Shown here in pieces: positions 1 through 10,932 of a DNA stretch of 64,000 nucleotides; the stretch's first letter is position 1; every line of letters starts with the position of its first letter. The notes under the pieces are model-generated. The model was not told where the DNA came from. It ran no database searches and was given only the letters and a program-made list of their open reading frames with translations. Made by a program: the position numbers and the translations under genes. Source of the DNA: Hormiphora californensis (Eukaryota; Animalia; Ctenophora); assembly GCA_020137815.1 (NCBI GenBank), contig CM035351.1:2728001-2792000 (forward strand). The letters are read 5' to 3'.

Positions 1-160
1 AGTGTACTTGATCCACTCTAATATTCGTTGATTTGATTCTCAGCGAGGAAAGTTACTGATATAGACAATGAGAGAATGAAAGAGATAGAGATAAGGATAG
101 GGAGAGCCGAGAGGGAGAGAGAGAGTGGGAGGGAGAGTCCCCGCCTCACACCAATTATTG

Positions 161-251
161 TTTACCTGTTAACACATCTCGGCCATTAATCATTGTGACT
201 ACTATTATAGTAGTCACAATGATTAATGGCCGAGATGTGTTAACAGGTAAA
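161..251. repeat. Perfect palindrome, 45-bp arms, 1-nt spacer
   Basis: 161-205 (tttacctgtt...gactactat) is the exact reverse complement of 207-251. Confidence 0.95.
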
Positions 252-1250
252 TTACCTGTTATTACCATGAAGTTAATTTAAATCCAAGATGATTTCAACC
301 ATCTGTCTATAAAAACCAAGTGAAATTTATTGCAAAGTTCGCGCCGAATACTTTTTTTTTCAATTTGAGTTTCTTGTGAGTTTCCCAATTCTCATACTGT
401 TTGTACTTTTTTCAGTTTTTATACTCTTCATCTTATTTTTTTCTTATCAGTTGACCATTTTCATTGTATTGAAAATAAAGGATTAAAATCCAAAGATTCA
501 CTCCAGTTCGTGACAGAAAGAACGCCGGTCATGACTGTTATGAGATGCATGTACACGTGTTGAATGACGTAAGGTATGCACGTGCCATTATGTCTTAATG
601 CACGTGCTGATCTTATAGACCTGCACATTTGGTTGCTTTGCCTCCTCGATATTTTCCTTTTTTATGCTGCTTCCCACTATAAGGCTCAATAATTTTACCT
701 TTTCTAATCACAACCTCGTATTATCATTTTTATGTTGCTGGGAATTTATTCTATACATTTGTACACGTGATAATCTGTTGGCACGTGAGGACGCGAGAGG
801 ACGTTAATAAACATCCAACAGAAAGGTATCTTTGCCTTTATTGGTAAAATGAGATGTGAACCTCTATGTGAGACATGAGGCTGAATAGATTGATACAATA
901 CAATTGCTTTTTGATTGATGAACAAATGAGAAACCCCCTCTAATAAAGAAATGAGTGAGTTTTCTTAGAAACAAGTGGGATTGTGAAGCAATCAATAGTG
1001 AGACTTTGGGATACAATCTTGTATATGGAAAAGCATTTTCGATTAATGAAAACTTGGCCACGTTTCGGAATCGATTAATAACTTTTCTTACAGAGCGACT
1101 TACAAAAAGTACGAGGTTACTTTTCCTCTCATTTTACTAATGTGTCCTAAGATGTTCCTCTATGCGCTAGCAGATCCTATATAATATTCTCTTTTCGACG
1201 CAGACTGAAATTGCAGGTACCACGCCGGGCGTGGCACGCCCACCCTTCTG

Positions 1251-1306
1251 CAGCGTACTGAGAGCACATTAGTGAAATTTTTCATTAATGTGCCCTCAGT
1301 ACGCTG
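1251..1306. repeat. Imperfect inverted repeat, 27-bp arms
   Basis: cagcgtactgagagcacattagtgaaa / tttcattaatgtgccctcagtacgctg, 2 mismatches. Confidence 0.85.
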
Positions 1307-2280
1307 AAAAATTTTTTGTGCAATTTCCCATTCCTAACGATACGACGAACACGGCTTTTGGTTGGTGAGTTCTTCCATTTAAAAACTACTTATAGAGAAG
1401 CAATTGAGCCCTCAGCGCTTCAAGTCCTTGCGCTATATTGGTGTGTCAATATGGCGTGTCTAGCAGAGCACAATGTGTGACATGCGTGGTGGTGGTGGTG
1501 GTACAGATAGGTTATAGCGTGCCAAACTCTGCCCGTTAGGGCAGAACGACATTGCAACCTCGTCATAGCGTCTGTCATCGTGTTGTGGTCAGTTGATATC
1601 ATTGCATTCATGTTGTCAGTCAGTCATTGTACTTGCAAGACACTTACGCAGCCCCCACGGTTAAAGGTCGGTTGCACTCTTCGCATCTCCGCCCCGTGAG
1701 GACATTGCAGTTATCTTGCGAATAAGCAAAAAGACAAATTAGGGGGCACATTTTCAAGCTTGGGTGGCTGTGCAGGTAGGCCTGTTTGTTTGTTTGTTAC
1801 GACGACGGTCCGTCGAGTGGACACTTCTCAAGCTTGGGTCTGGGGTAGTCTGTCTATAGTAGCTCTAATTAAATTATTGATTGGTAAGGTTTACTCCGGA
1901 ATCATTATCACAATAGATGAACAGACAATACAGACAGATGAACTTACAGCTTTTTGATGTATGATTATTGATTGGTACCGTGATGTTGTTGGTGATCAGA
2001 TGAGAGGTGTACCATTTCCACTTCCAGTAGAGATCAAGATGAACAAAAACGATCAAATACAAATAAGAGGTGGGACAGATTGTAGCGTCCCTAGAATGTG
2101 TACGATGTTCTATAGGACAAGTCGGGTGGGACAGATAAGAACAATTGAGAGTTGTTACACGCGATAAGCGACTTAGTGCACCAAAACACAAGGATTGTCC
2201 CTGTACTGGCGTGTTTCACAAAGTCCTCTACTTAGGCGGTGGGGTGGGGCGGAGGGGGTGGGTGGAGGGTAGTTCAACAC

Positions 2281-3435
2281 AGAAAAGACGACCAGACAGT
2301 GTACCATACCCGGAGCAAGGCTGTGTACAACCAATCCCGTTCTAGAAGAGACAAGACCATGTACAACACACGAACAAAGAAGTGGACAAACTGTCCGACC
2401 TAGACAAGTGTCTAGACAGTATACAATACACGAAACACGAAAGTAAAACCTATCCCGGTGAAACAAGGCAGAGAACTGACGACGAAACATACACCAAACT
2501 GCAAAATAGTGATCGAACAGATTCCAGGACACGCATCTCATGGGAAGAGTTTCTTCCGCCGCAAAGTTATACAAGCTAGAGAATGAGTAGGAGGAAGCGT
2601 GCGCGGCTCAGACTCTGAGTCTGAGCGGCAGTGAACTTTGAAATAACTCGCCACTGAAAGGGGGTGTTGCTATGTAGACGGAAGTGTTCTGATTTAGCAA
2701 TTTATGGGGAGAATGAAGAGATTGCGGGAGTAAGTTCAGAAAAGACGACCAGACAGTGTACCATACCCGGAGCAAGGCTGTGTACAACCAATCCCGTTCT
2801 AGAAGAGACAAGACCATGTACAACACACGGAACAAAGAAGTGTACAACCTGTCCGACCCAGACAGTGTCTAGACAGTATACAATACACGAAACACAGAAA
2901 TGTACAACCTATCCCGGTGAAACAAGGCAGAGAACTGACGACGAAACATACACCAAACTGCAAAATAGTGATCTGAACAGATTCCAGGACACTGCATCTC
3001 ATGGGAAGAGTTCTCTCCGCCGCAAAGTTATACAAGCTAGAGAATGAGTAGGAGGAAGCGTGCGCGGCTCAAACTCTGAGTCTGAGCGGCAGTGAACTTT
3101 GAAATAACTCGCCACTGAAAGGGGGTGTTGCTATGTAGACGGAAGTGTTCTGATTTAGCAATTTATGGGGAGAATGAAGAGATTGCGGGAGTAAGTTCAG
3201 AAAAGACGACCAGACAGTGTACCATACCCGGAGCAAGGCTGTGTACAACCAATCCCGTTCTAGAAGAGACAAGACCATGTACAACACACGGAACAAAGAA
3301 GTGTACAACCTGTCCCGACCTAGACAAGTGTCTAGACAGTATACAATACACGAAACACAGAAATGTACAACCTATCCCGGTGAAACAAGGCAGAGAACTG
3401 ACGACGAAACATACACCAAACTGCAAAATAGTGAT
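2281..3435. repeat. Tandem repeat, ~460-bp unit, ~2.5 copies
   Basis: agaaaagacgaccagacagtgtacc recurs at 2281, 2738 and 3199. Identical short ORFs at 2608 and 3069. Internal tgtacaac sub-repeats. Confidence 0.95.
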
Positions 3436-5516
3436 CTCTCTCTCTGTTGGTAGCGAGTGATGATGTTGGTTTGTTACCATCATCGTTTGGTGAGGAAACG
3501 CCATTTGGGAATCTCCTACGCTTCTCTTGGACTTTTGAAGAAGCGTAGGTAGTAGCGAGGCACTGGTTAGTGTAGTTTCTCCTGTTGGGCTATGGAAACA
3601 CCCCTTGAGTTTATCTCGACTCGGCGTGGGAATTTTGCCGAGAGTCGGTGGGAGCTAGGCTCCCGGTTTGAGTAGTCCTGAGGACTACTGTTAGGCCAGT
3701 TGAGATTTTGACCGCCTCAGCCTGGACTTTCTGCGATGGGCGGTTTGTAGCTGCGCTACGGTATGGACGGTATGTAACCAGACTACTTTGGCCCAATGCA
3801 CTACTTGGGGGCTGGTGACATGCCCGGCCGAGGGTATCTCTAGTAGAGAGAGATGAGTCATGAGCGGATTAGAGAAAGGAAGAGAGAAAACACACCATCC
3901 AAGGAGGGCAGCTGTTGCCTTGGAGTGGTATGTGAGATGCTCCAGGCAGTTTCCTGAGCTTCATGGTTTACCCCGGGGTATGCCGGGTCACCCTTGAAGA
4001 TTCCCTGCCTGGTTTGTAGGACACTATTGCTATCTAGAATGATAGACATTAGCCGCGGCCTGCATCTCAAATGCGTGGGAAGGAATCTCACCCTCCAGGC
4101 AAAACACGTATAACTGCGTTTCTGGCGGCACTTTTGGGGGGAAGGGGAATGTCAACCTTTGCGCTTGCCAGCGCAGTGATTCCCCAGCTGTCAGGATCTA
4201 TATCAGTTTTCTGCAGGAAAGTCCAAACCTCCTACTTCTAATAAAGTTGTGTTGGAAGAATGGAAGCCAATTTGTTTCATACTGTGTGGTTATCGTGGTC
4301 GGCCATTACTAGTTATAGATGAAAATCTGATAGTAGGAAATAGCTTTATAACATAGCCAAAAAAACCACTGTTTCTATTTTCACGTGTATGTACACGTGG
4401 GCCGGGGTCCGTGTGTAGACTGGGTGTTCACAACTGTGACGTCACGTGATTTCCTGGTAATTACCGGCACTCAAATGTTGGACTTCGTTTAGCCGCGCTG
4501 CGTGGGGCTAGTGTAGGGTGACTGCGTCACCAAATGTTGGACGTGACTTCCTAGCCTGAAGGAGTACGACACTTCTTCTCACGAAGAAGTCTAATTGGTT
4601 TCTACTTTTAAGACCACCTGGACCACAGCTATGAAGCGAGCAAAGGGAGATAGAGCTCGTTAGATAAGAAAGTCTGGGAAAACGGATCTCAATATGCCAT
4701 AGATCATCAGAGGAGGAGAGATAGGGACTGGAAGCTCGCGGTTTTTATATAAAATAGCGGTTTGTTATCGCCGTCTACTGTCGACCGTAGAGTCTAAGTT
4801 CGAGAGGGAGAGTCTTACTGGTATGAATGGGAAGCATCTACTATCATATTGGAGAGGATATTGGAGAGGATGATGGATCTAGTGAACAATTAGTGAAGTC
4901 TACTATCGTTTCCTTGTTCTTCGTGATCTTCTTTATCTTGATTCCTCTAGCTGTCGTTTCATTGAGGGAAATTGAGGAAGATATCATTCTACTTACTTAG
5001 GCGCATCTGGTTTGATATACATTTCAATGTTGGGAAGTTTTGAATTGGGAAGTTTTGAGTTGAGTTGTGTCACATTAATGTGAAATAAATAATGAAATTT
5101 GTTAGCGGTTTTGAAAAAATAGAATAAGAGTTCATGAATCGTGGTACGGTAGCAGGAAAAGGTGTAAGTGGGCCACCTTTCCCGCCGACTAATTTCCATT
5201 AGTTTTTAGCTTAATAGAATAGACAACAACAGTTACGGGGGCTTGATGGGGTGACCAAGTTAAGAATTAGAATTTAGATCAATCAACTCTGTACTCCGGC
5301 ACCCCGTGAATGTAGTACATTCGGAATTTTTTCATACTCACTAGCAACTATATAACACATAAATCAGCTGAACATATATTTATATTCTCTCACACGACGC
5401 TACTTCTTAGCTTTCTGCTTTAGTGTGTTTCCATTCCTCTGCCCCTTACAGCTTACTGCTGCTCCTGTCTCGTATCTATAGCGACGGCCGGAGCTGTGAT
5501 CCCTTGAAACCACTGG

Positions 5517-5586
5517 TAAACAACCAATCAGAACTCGTTATTTAGGTCACGTGACTGGTTATCAGCCAATCAGGGACCAGTATTTC
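5517..5586. mobile_element. TIR-less internal fragment of the 109-bp MITE, flanked by 23-bp direct repeats, in the GPCR 3' end
   Basis: Near-identical to the reverse complement of the interior of 48794-48902. ctgtgatcccttgaaaccactgg occurs at 5494-5516 and 5587-5609. Confidence 0.9.
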
Positions 5587-6487
5587 CTGTGATCCCTTGA
5601 AACCACTGGGTTGTGTGTTCCCTGAAGCTCCTAATGGATATCCAATAAATCAGGGGGTTACTAGTGAAACTGATATACAGAGCGGAACAAGCAAACCTAG
5701 AGAAGTAAATTGCCGACCACCTCTGTACAGAAATCTTAGCCCTGTGAACCATAACCACTCCATAGGGCAGGAAGGAAGTGAGATAGGTAGCAGAAACGAG
5801 GATTAATACAGCAATTCCATGTCTGTTGAACCTCTGCTGGTTTCTCATCTTCAGAAGGAACACTAGGAGGAACACTGTTCCACCCGCCATAATGAACATC
5901 GGGAGGATGAGGAAGAGAAAACCGGATATCTTGGGAAATAGAAGGGATCTGGCATCGTCATCAAAGTACCCTTGGCAGCTGTAATAGGTGACCCGGAATT
6001 CGTGTTTCCTTCCAAAAAGATAGGCTGGTATCACCTGGAAGAGGGGTATTATCCACATGACTATACAGAGCCGCTTCCCAGTAACAGCACTGCGTCTTCT
6101 TCCTCTAAGGGGGTTCAGGAGGAGGGTAATTTTGGAGATATTCAGGGCACAGATTGACATAATCTCACTCATACCCAGGTAGATGGTGACAAAATTCGAT
6201 AAATCGCACACCCCACTTCCTAACACCCACTCTCCTGCTATAACTGAGCTGAGGTTAATCAAAATAATGGCCACCATCGCCAAATCAACGAGGGCAATAT
6301 TCCGAATTAGAAACACTGAGATCTGGTCGAGGGTGATGGAGTTGTGGTGGATCGAGGAGTGGAGGACGAAGCTGTTTCCTAGCAGGGAAAAGAGGGAAAT
6401 AGTGGACATCCACATTCCCAGGAATCCACGTTCCACAGGGGATGCGGGGATGTGATAGTAGAAGGATGCTGAAACGTTACTCTCCAT
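5570..6487 (-). CDS. Class A (rhodopsin-like) GPCR, intronless
   Basis: Seven hydrophobic segments; GN (TM1), NIALVD (TM2), WVLG-C (ECL1/TM3), SKI at the DRY position, SFLP (TM6), NPLIY (TM7). Confidence 0.9.
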   Translation of the reverse strand: MESNVSASFYYHIPASPVERGFLGMWMSTISLFSLLGNSFVLHSSIHHNSITLDQISVFLIRNIALVDLAMVAIILINLSSVIAGEWVLGSGVCDLSNFVTIYLGMSEIMSICALNISKITLLLNPLRGRRRSAVTGKRLCIVMWIIPLFQVIPAYLFGRKHEFRVTYYSCQGYFDDDARSLLFPKISGFLFLILPMFIMAGGTVFLLVFLLKMRNQQRFNRHGIAVLILVSATYLTSFLPYGVVMVHRAKISVQRWSAIYFSRFACSALYISFTSNPLIYWISIRSFREHTTQWFQGITGNTGP

Positions 6488-6542
6488 AGCTTTACTGTTA
6501 GAATTTAAAAGTTATTGATGGAAAACAACCGATAGGAGGAAT

Positions 6543-6586
6543 TTACAAAGTAATACAAGATTTAATAATCTTGTATTACTTTGTAA
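6543..6586. repeat. Perfect hairpin, 20-bp arms, 4-nt loop
   Basis: ttacaaagtaatacaagatt-taat-aatcttgtattactttgtaa. Confidence 0.9.
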
Positions 6587-6845
6587 TCAGCTCCAGAATC
6601 TTGATCCTGTCGATCGCTTTACCAGAAATCCCTTTATAAGAAAAGATAGGAGGAATATGTAGATGAGAAAAATTGCCACAGTTGGTAATTCTTCACGACA
6701 AACTTATGGTGCAACGATATATCTAAATTCTGCGTCATGAGAAGGGTATAAGAGATATAAGAGGTTTGTGGTTTAATGTGACAACAAAATGGGAGCTGTG
6801 GCAAATTAAAAGAAGATTGAGATGACATGTTGTTCTCCGAGTCAA

Positions 6846-6847
<2 letters not shown>

Positions 6848-6904
<57 letters not shown>

Positions 6905-6915
6905 CTCTCTATCTC
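6848..6915. repeat. (CT)n microsatellite
   Basis: Direct reading. Confidence 0.95.
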
Positions 6916-7073
6916 GCTTGGAAGGGGCACGTGGGATGGTTGAGATCTTGTCAGAAACTAGCAAGCATTTAAAGAGTCGTTTAATAACCGTGAAAACAAC
7001 ACTGGGAGCTGTTTGAGATGACATGTTGTTCTCCGAGTCTACCAGCAAGTATTTAAGGAGTCTTTTAAAGAGT

Positions 7074-7481
7074 CTGACAAGATACCTAAAACTTTTCGTC
7101 TATCGTTTTTTTTCTTCGATTTATCATTGATTCGTCTAGAAAAAAAATCGAAAAAGGGGGTCTACCGATATTGTCAGCACACTCACTGCGTCTCGCAAAT
7201 CAAAATGCACGTGTCCGGTTACTCATATAAGATAACGACTTGATCTTGGTTCCGTAGGATTTCCTTTCCAACGCTAACAAGACGATTTCTGTATCTCATT
7301 ATGAACCGGAGATATGACTGCATCAATTGTCAAATTGCACCACTTATTTATCAGTAGATCCCCTATTTCGCATATATTTCTAGACGACAAAAAATGCTTA
7401 AAAAATGCTTAAAATTAATAATAAATCGAAAAAAAGATATAGACGAAAATGTTTATCTTATCAACCTTTAAAACTTGTCAG
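7074..7481. mobile_element. Degenerate inverted-repeat (MITE-like) element between the divergent GPCRs
   Basis: ttttcgtctat...ttcgatttat...cgtctaga (~7092-7140) mirrored by tctagacg...ataaatcgaa...atagacgaaaa (~7379-7450). Confidence 0.5.
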
Positions 7482-7886
7482 AAGCTAGCAAATATAAGGA
7501 GTAGTTTCAAAACTGCTAACAATTATTTGTTAATGTGACACACCTCAATTGAAAACTTCCCTTGGCGAGACATGTTCGAGACTTGACATGTTCTGTCATA
7601 CTTGACATGTTCTGTCAGACTAAAAACCGCGAAAAAACGGTCATAGTGTCTGTTCATGGGGGTCAGTTCTCACTCCTCAAGCACTCGTTGATACAAATAG
7701 TAAAAGCGCTTAGATCCACACCCTTTTGTGCATTGTCATAACTTCTTCATATCGCATCCAATCAAAAATGTCTTTCATCAGATCTACAAAAAACTTGGGG
7801 GTTACCTTTTGATTCGATGCAAAGAATTGCTTGCCGCTCAGTTTGTTTTTATGTGTCAGCGACTTGAAAAAAAGTTCATTGTTTAG

Positions 7887-8957
7887 ATGGATAATGATCC
7901 CTTGGACTACTTTGATTGGGTCCGGTCTAACATTCCCACCCAAGCACCCCCTGATTACCCGCTGAGAATCAAGATAGGAGAGACAGTGCTAACAGTCCTA
8001 GCTCTTTTCACATGTATCGTAGGTCTACCCACTGCCACTCTTCAGGGTTACTTCCTATTGCGTGTTGCCAAGGAGTGGACTCTCAGCTTCTGTATTTACC
8101 GTGCAATATGGCTCACGGACTTCTTGATCATTTTGTGGAACATCCCTGTCGCAACAATTTACGCGAGGGGCCGACAAACAGAACACCCGGCCTTTATTCT
8201 AAGTAATGGTCTAGGTTGTACCCTGTGGACAATCGGATGGAGATCGCTAGTTCAGGTATCTGTATTTAATATTGCGGTCCTTAGTATCACTCGCACCTAC
8301 TCCCTGGTTCGACCATTCTCCCAGCCACCCAGAGTTCGAGTTGTCATGGCAACCATTGTGGTGTACAGTGTGCTGGTCCTAGCACAGTCCATCATCCATC
8401 TCTGTTTCGTGACCACATATATGTGGTACCAATGGGAGATTGCGGAGTGTAGGGAGTCCACCATTGACAACTGGTACTATGGAGTTTACTTGACCGCAAC
8501 TGTGATTATCCAATTTATTGTGCCCATGGTAGTGGTGTCCGTGAGTTGCGGGGTAACCATAGCAACCTTGTGGTCCAATAGAGCGGCATCAACCTCCAGA
8601 GATATGATTCGAAATCAAGCTACAACCACCATCCTAGTTCTAACTGGGATTTACATTTTCTTTAACGCACCTGGGGTTCTCTACACGGTTGTGGCAATAG
8701 TAAAAAACTACGCATTACCACCCAATTCCCAGATTTTGGCACCATTTTTCGGTATTTTTCATGGTCCAACAGATGGTTGGTTCCGGTACTACCATCTGGC
8801 AAACTACAGCTTTAACCATAGCGTGGTGTTAAATTCCATGGCTAACATTATAATGTGGATCTGTAGGTCTCGTCCAATGAAGCTTTGGATTGTTAGCTCT
8901 GGTAGAATGCTGACTGGCACCGTTCGCGTTAACCCCATCGCACCGCCAGCCAGGTAG
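7887..8957 (+). CDS. Class A GPCR, intronless, 356 aa
   Basis: Seven TM pattern; CTLW at the TM3 start, LSITRT at the DRY position, FIVP (TM5), FFNAP (TM6), degenerate TM7 LNSMANIIMW. Confidence 0.88.
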   Translation: MDNDPLDYFDWVRSNIPTQAPPDYPLRIKIGETVLTVLALFTCIVGLPTATLQGYFLLRVAKEWTLSFCIYRAIWLTDFLIILWNIPVATIYARGRQTEHPAFILSNGLGCTLWTIGWRSLVQVSVFNIAVLSITRTYSLVRPFSQPPRVRVVMATIVVYSVLVLAQSIIHLCFVTTYMWYQWEIAECRESTIDNWYYGVYLTATVIIQFIVPMVVVSVSCGVTIATLWSNRAASTSRDMIRNQATTTILVLTGIYIFFNAPGVLYTVVAIVKNYALPPNSQILAPFFGIFHGPTDGWFRYYHLANYSFNHSVVLNSMANIIMWICRSRPMKLWIVSSGRMLTGTVRVNPIAPPAR

Positions 8958-9162
8958 AGTGAGGAGGAGGATAACACAAACCTGTAGCAGCAACATGTCC
9001 TATATATGCTGTGTATAGAGTGTAACTATAGACACAGCTCTATAATATTCTCCGCCACTTACTTAACAACCTCTATAAGGACACTCTGGTGAACAATGGT
9101 CGGAACTTGAATTGTGCGAGACTCTCGAGAGGTGTCAGCTCCCCCTCCTCCAGGCACAACTA

Positions 9163-10932
9163 TTTAGGTGCCGGCAGGCACCTCCGACCCGAAGAAAACA
9201 GAAAAAACGAAAAAAAAAAATTTTTGCCCCTGCACCAAATCCAAAAAGTGACGGCCCTATATAGCAAAAAGATAGAAGATTTCGGGGGGGGGGGGGGGGG
9301 GGGGCAAATTTCAGGCGACGATTGCGGCCACATCGTTTGAGATACGACCTGAAATTTTGTAGGCATGTCTTAGTAGTATAACTACGTGTCATAACGTGGC
9401 CGGATTTTTGATTTTTTAATTAATTAATTAATTATAAGCTATCAAAATTTGCCCCTGCACATTGCCCCTGTACATTTTGATTTTTTGCCTGCACGCGTGC
9501 CCCTGCACACGGTTTATTTCGTTCTGCTTGAAATATTGACTTGAAACTTTGTAGGAATGTTCTTCAATCATAAAAAATGATATTCGAAAAGTGGGAGTAT
9601 TGAAAATTAATTAATTAATTAGTTATAGGCATGCAAAAATGGACTTTTTTAGGGCCCCCTGCACTTTTTTTGAAAATGTACAGGGGCAAATACCCCTGCA
9701 CATTTTTTGCAATTTTGATTCAAACTGTGGCCAAACCGTTTGTTTTTTCGAAATGAAACTGTTATGCAGTTCTAGTAGTATAACTACGAGTCATAAAAAG
9801 GGGATTTCTTATTTTTAATTTAACTAATTAATTATAAGTAATTAAAATTTTGCCCTGCACCATCTTTCCCCTGCACCGCTGATTTCGACCCCCTGCACAT
9901 TTCCTGAAACAGGCAACTAAAAATGGTATATTTTCTGTTCTGCTATAAATAACGACCTAAAATTTTGTAGTAATGTAGTTCATGCATATAGAAATGACAA
10001 AAAGTGGGAATAGTCAAAATTAATTATCCAATTAATTATAAGCAATTAAAATTTGCCCCTGCACATTTTGCCCCTGTACATTTGCGGCAAATGTTGCCCC
10101 TGCAATTTTCGGTAAATTTGATATTCGAACTGTGGCCACACCGTTTGATATTTCGAAATGAGACTTTGCTGCATGTCTAGTGGTATAACTACGAGTCATA
10201 AAAGAGCCGGATTTCTGATTTTTTAATTAATTAATTAATTATAAGTAATTAAAACTTTTGCCCCTGCACAATTTTGTTTGCCCCTGCACAATTTTTGCAA
10301 CTTTGATATTCAAACTGTGGCACACCGTTTGAAATTTCGAAATGAAACTTTGTATGTATGTTTCTAGTAGTATAAATACGAGTCATACGGAGCCGGATTT
10401 TTGATTTTCTAATTAATTAATTAATAATAATCAATTAAAACTTTTGCCCCTGCACAGTTTTGGCAAATTTGATATTCAAACTTTGAGCCTTTGTGAAAGT
10501 TTCTACAGATGCTGGCGATAGACTCGATAGAGTTCGATTAATTTACCATGACAACGGAGTTGGTTACCATAGTAACCAGGGAATTCGTTGTAAAATAGTC
10601 CTTTCTTGCTATAAACTCGGCATTTAGATCAAATTTGAGCACCTCAAAAAAATAAGAGCATTAACTTAATTAATGATTAATTAACGTGGTGAGATACAAA
10701 ATTGATTTTATTCTACTCGCACTAAGCAAGGGCATTTCACAGTTTGGTGCCGTATTTTTGTCTCTATTTTTAAAGGATTTTGGGATAAGACTGAAAGTAT
10801 GGGATCATTGAGAAGTAGTGAAGATTTAAAATATGTTAGCAACTTGCCGGTTCGACAAACTAAACCCCTATAATTCCAACTTCGGGTCGGACGAGGGGAA
10901 TCTTGCCTTTTGCGATCATATTATACTATGTT
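9163..10932. mobile_element. Non-autonomous element with subterminal inverted repeats and an internal ~200-bp tandem array (Helentron/HINE-like); ends approximate
   Basis: Hairpin ggtgcc-ggca-ggcacc (9167-9182) next to tccgacccgaag (9183-9194), whose reverse complement is at 10880-10891. Repeated gcccctgcac, ttaattaatt and tagtagtataactacg motifs at 9371, 9773, 10178 and 10365. Confidence 0.65.

Noticed and set aside
553-790. CACGTG cluster (also E-box/CRE motifs at 4380-4550)
   Set aside because: Short motifs with no linked TSS; they cannot be distinguished from repeat-derived sequence.
3440-4200. Possible retroelement ORF remnant
   Set aside because: No RT, gag or transposase motif recognisable in the frames I read.
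5517-5586. Introner-type precise intron in GPCR1
   Set aside because: No GT-AG pair within the direct repeats restores the reading frame.
6634-7048. ERERER / SLSLSL ORFs, also at 13718 and 28462-28882
   Set aside because: Translations of CT/GA microsatellites.
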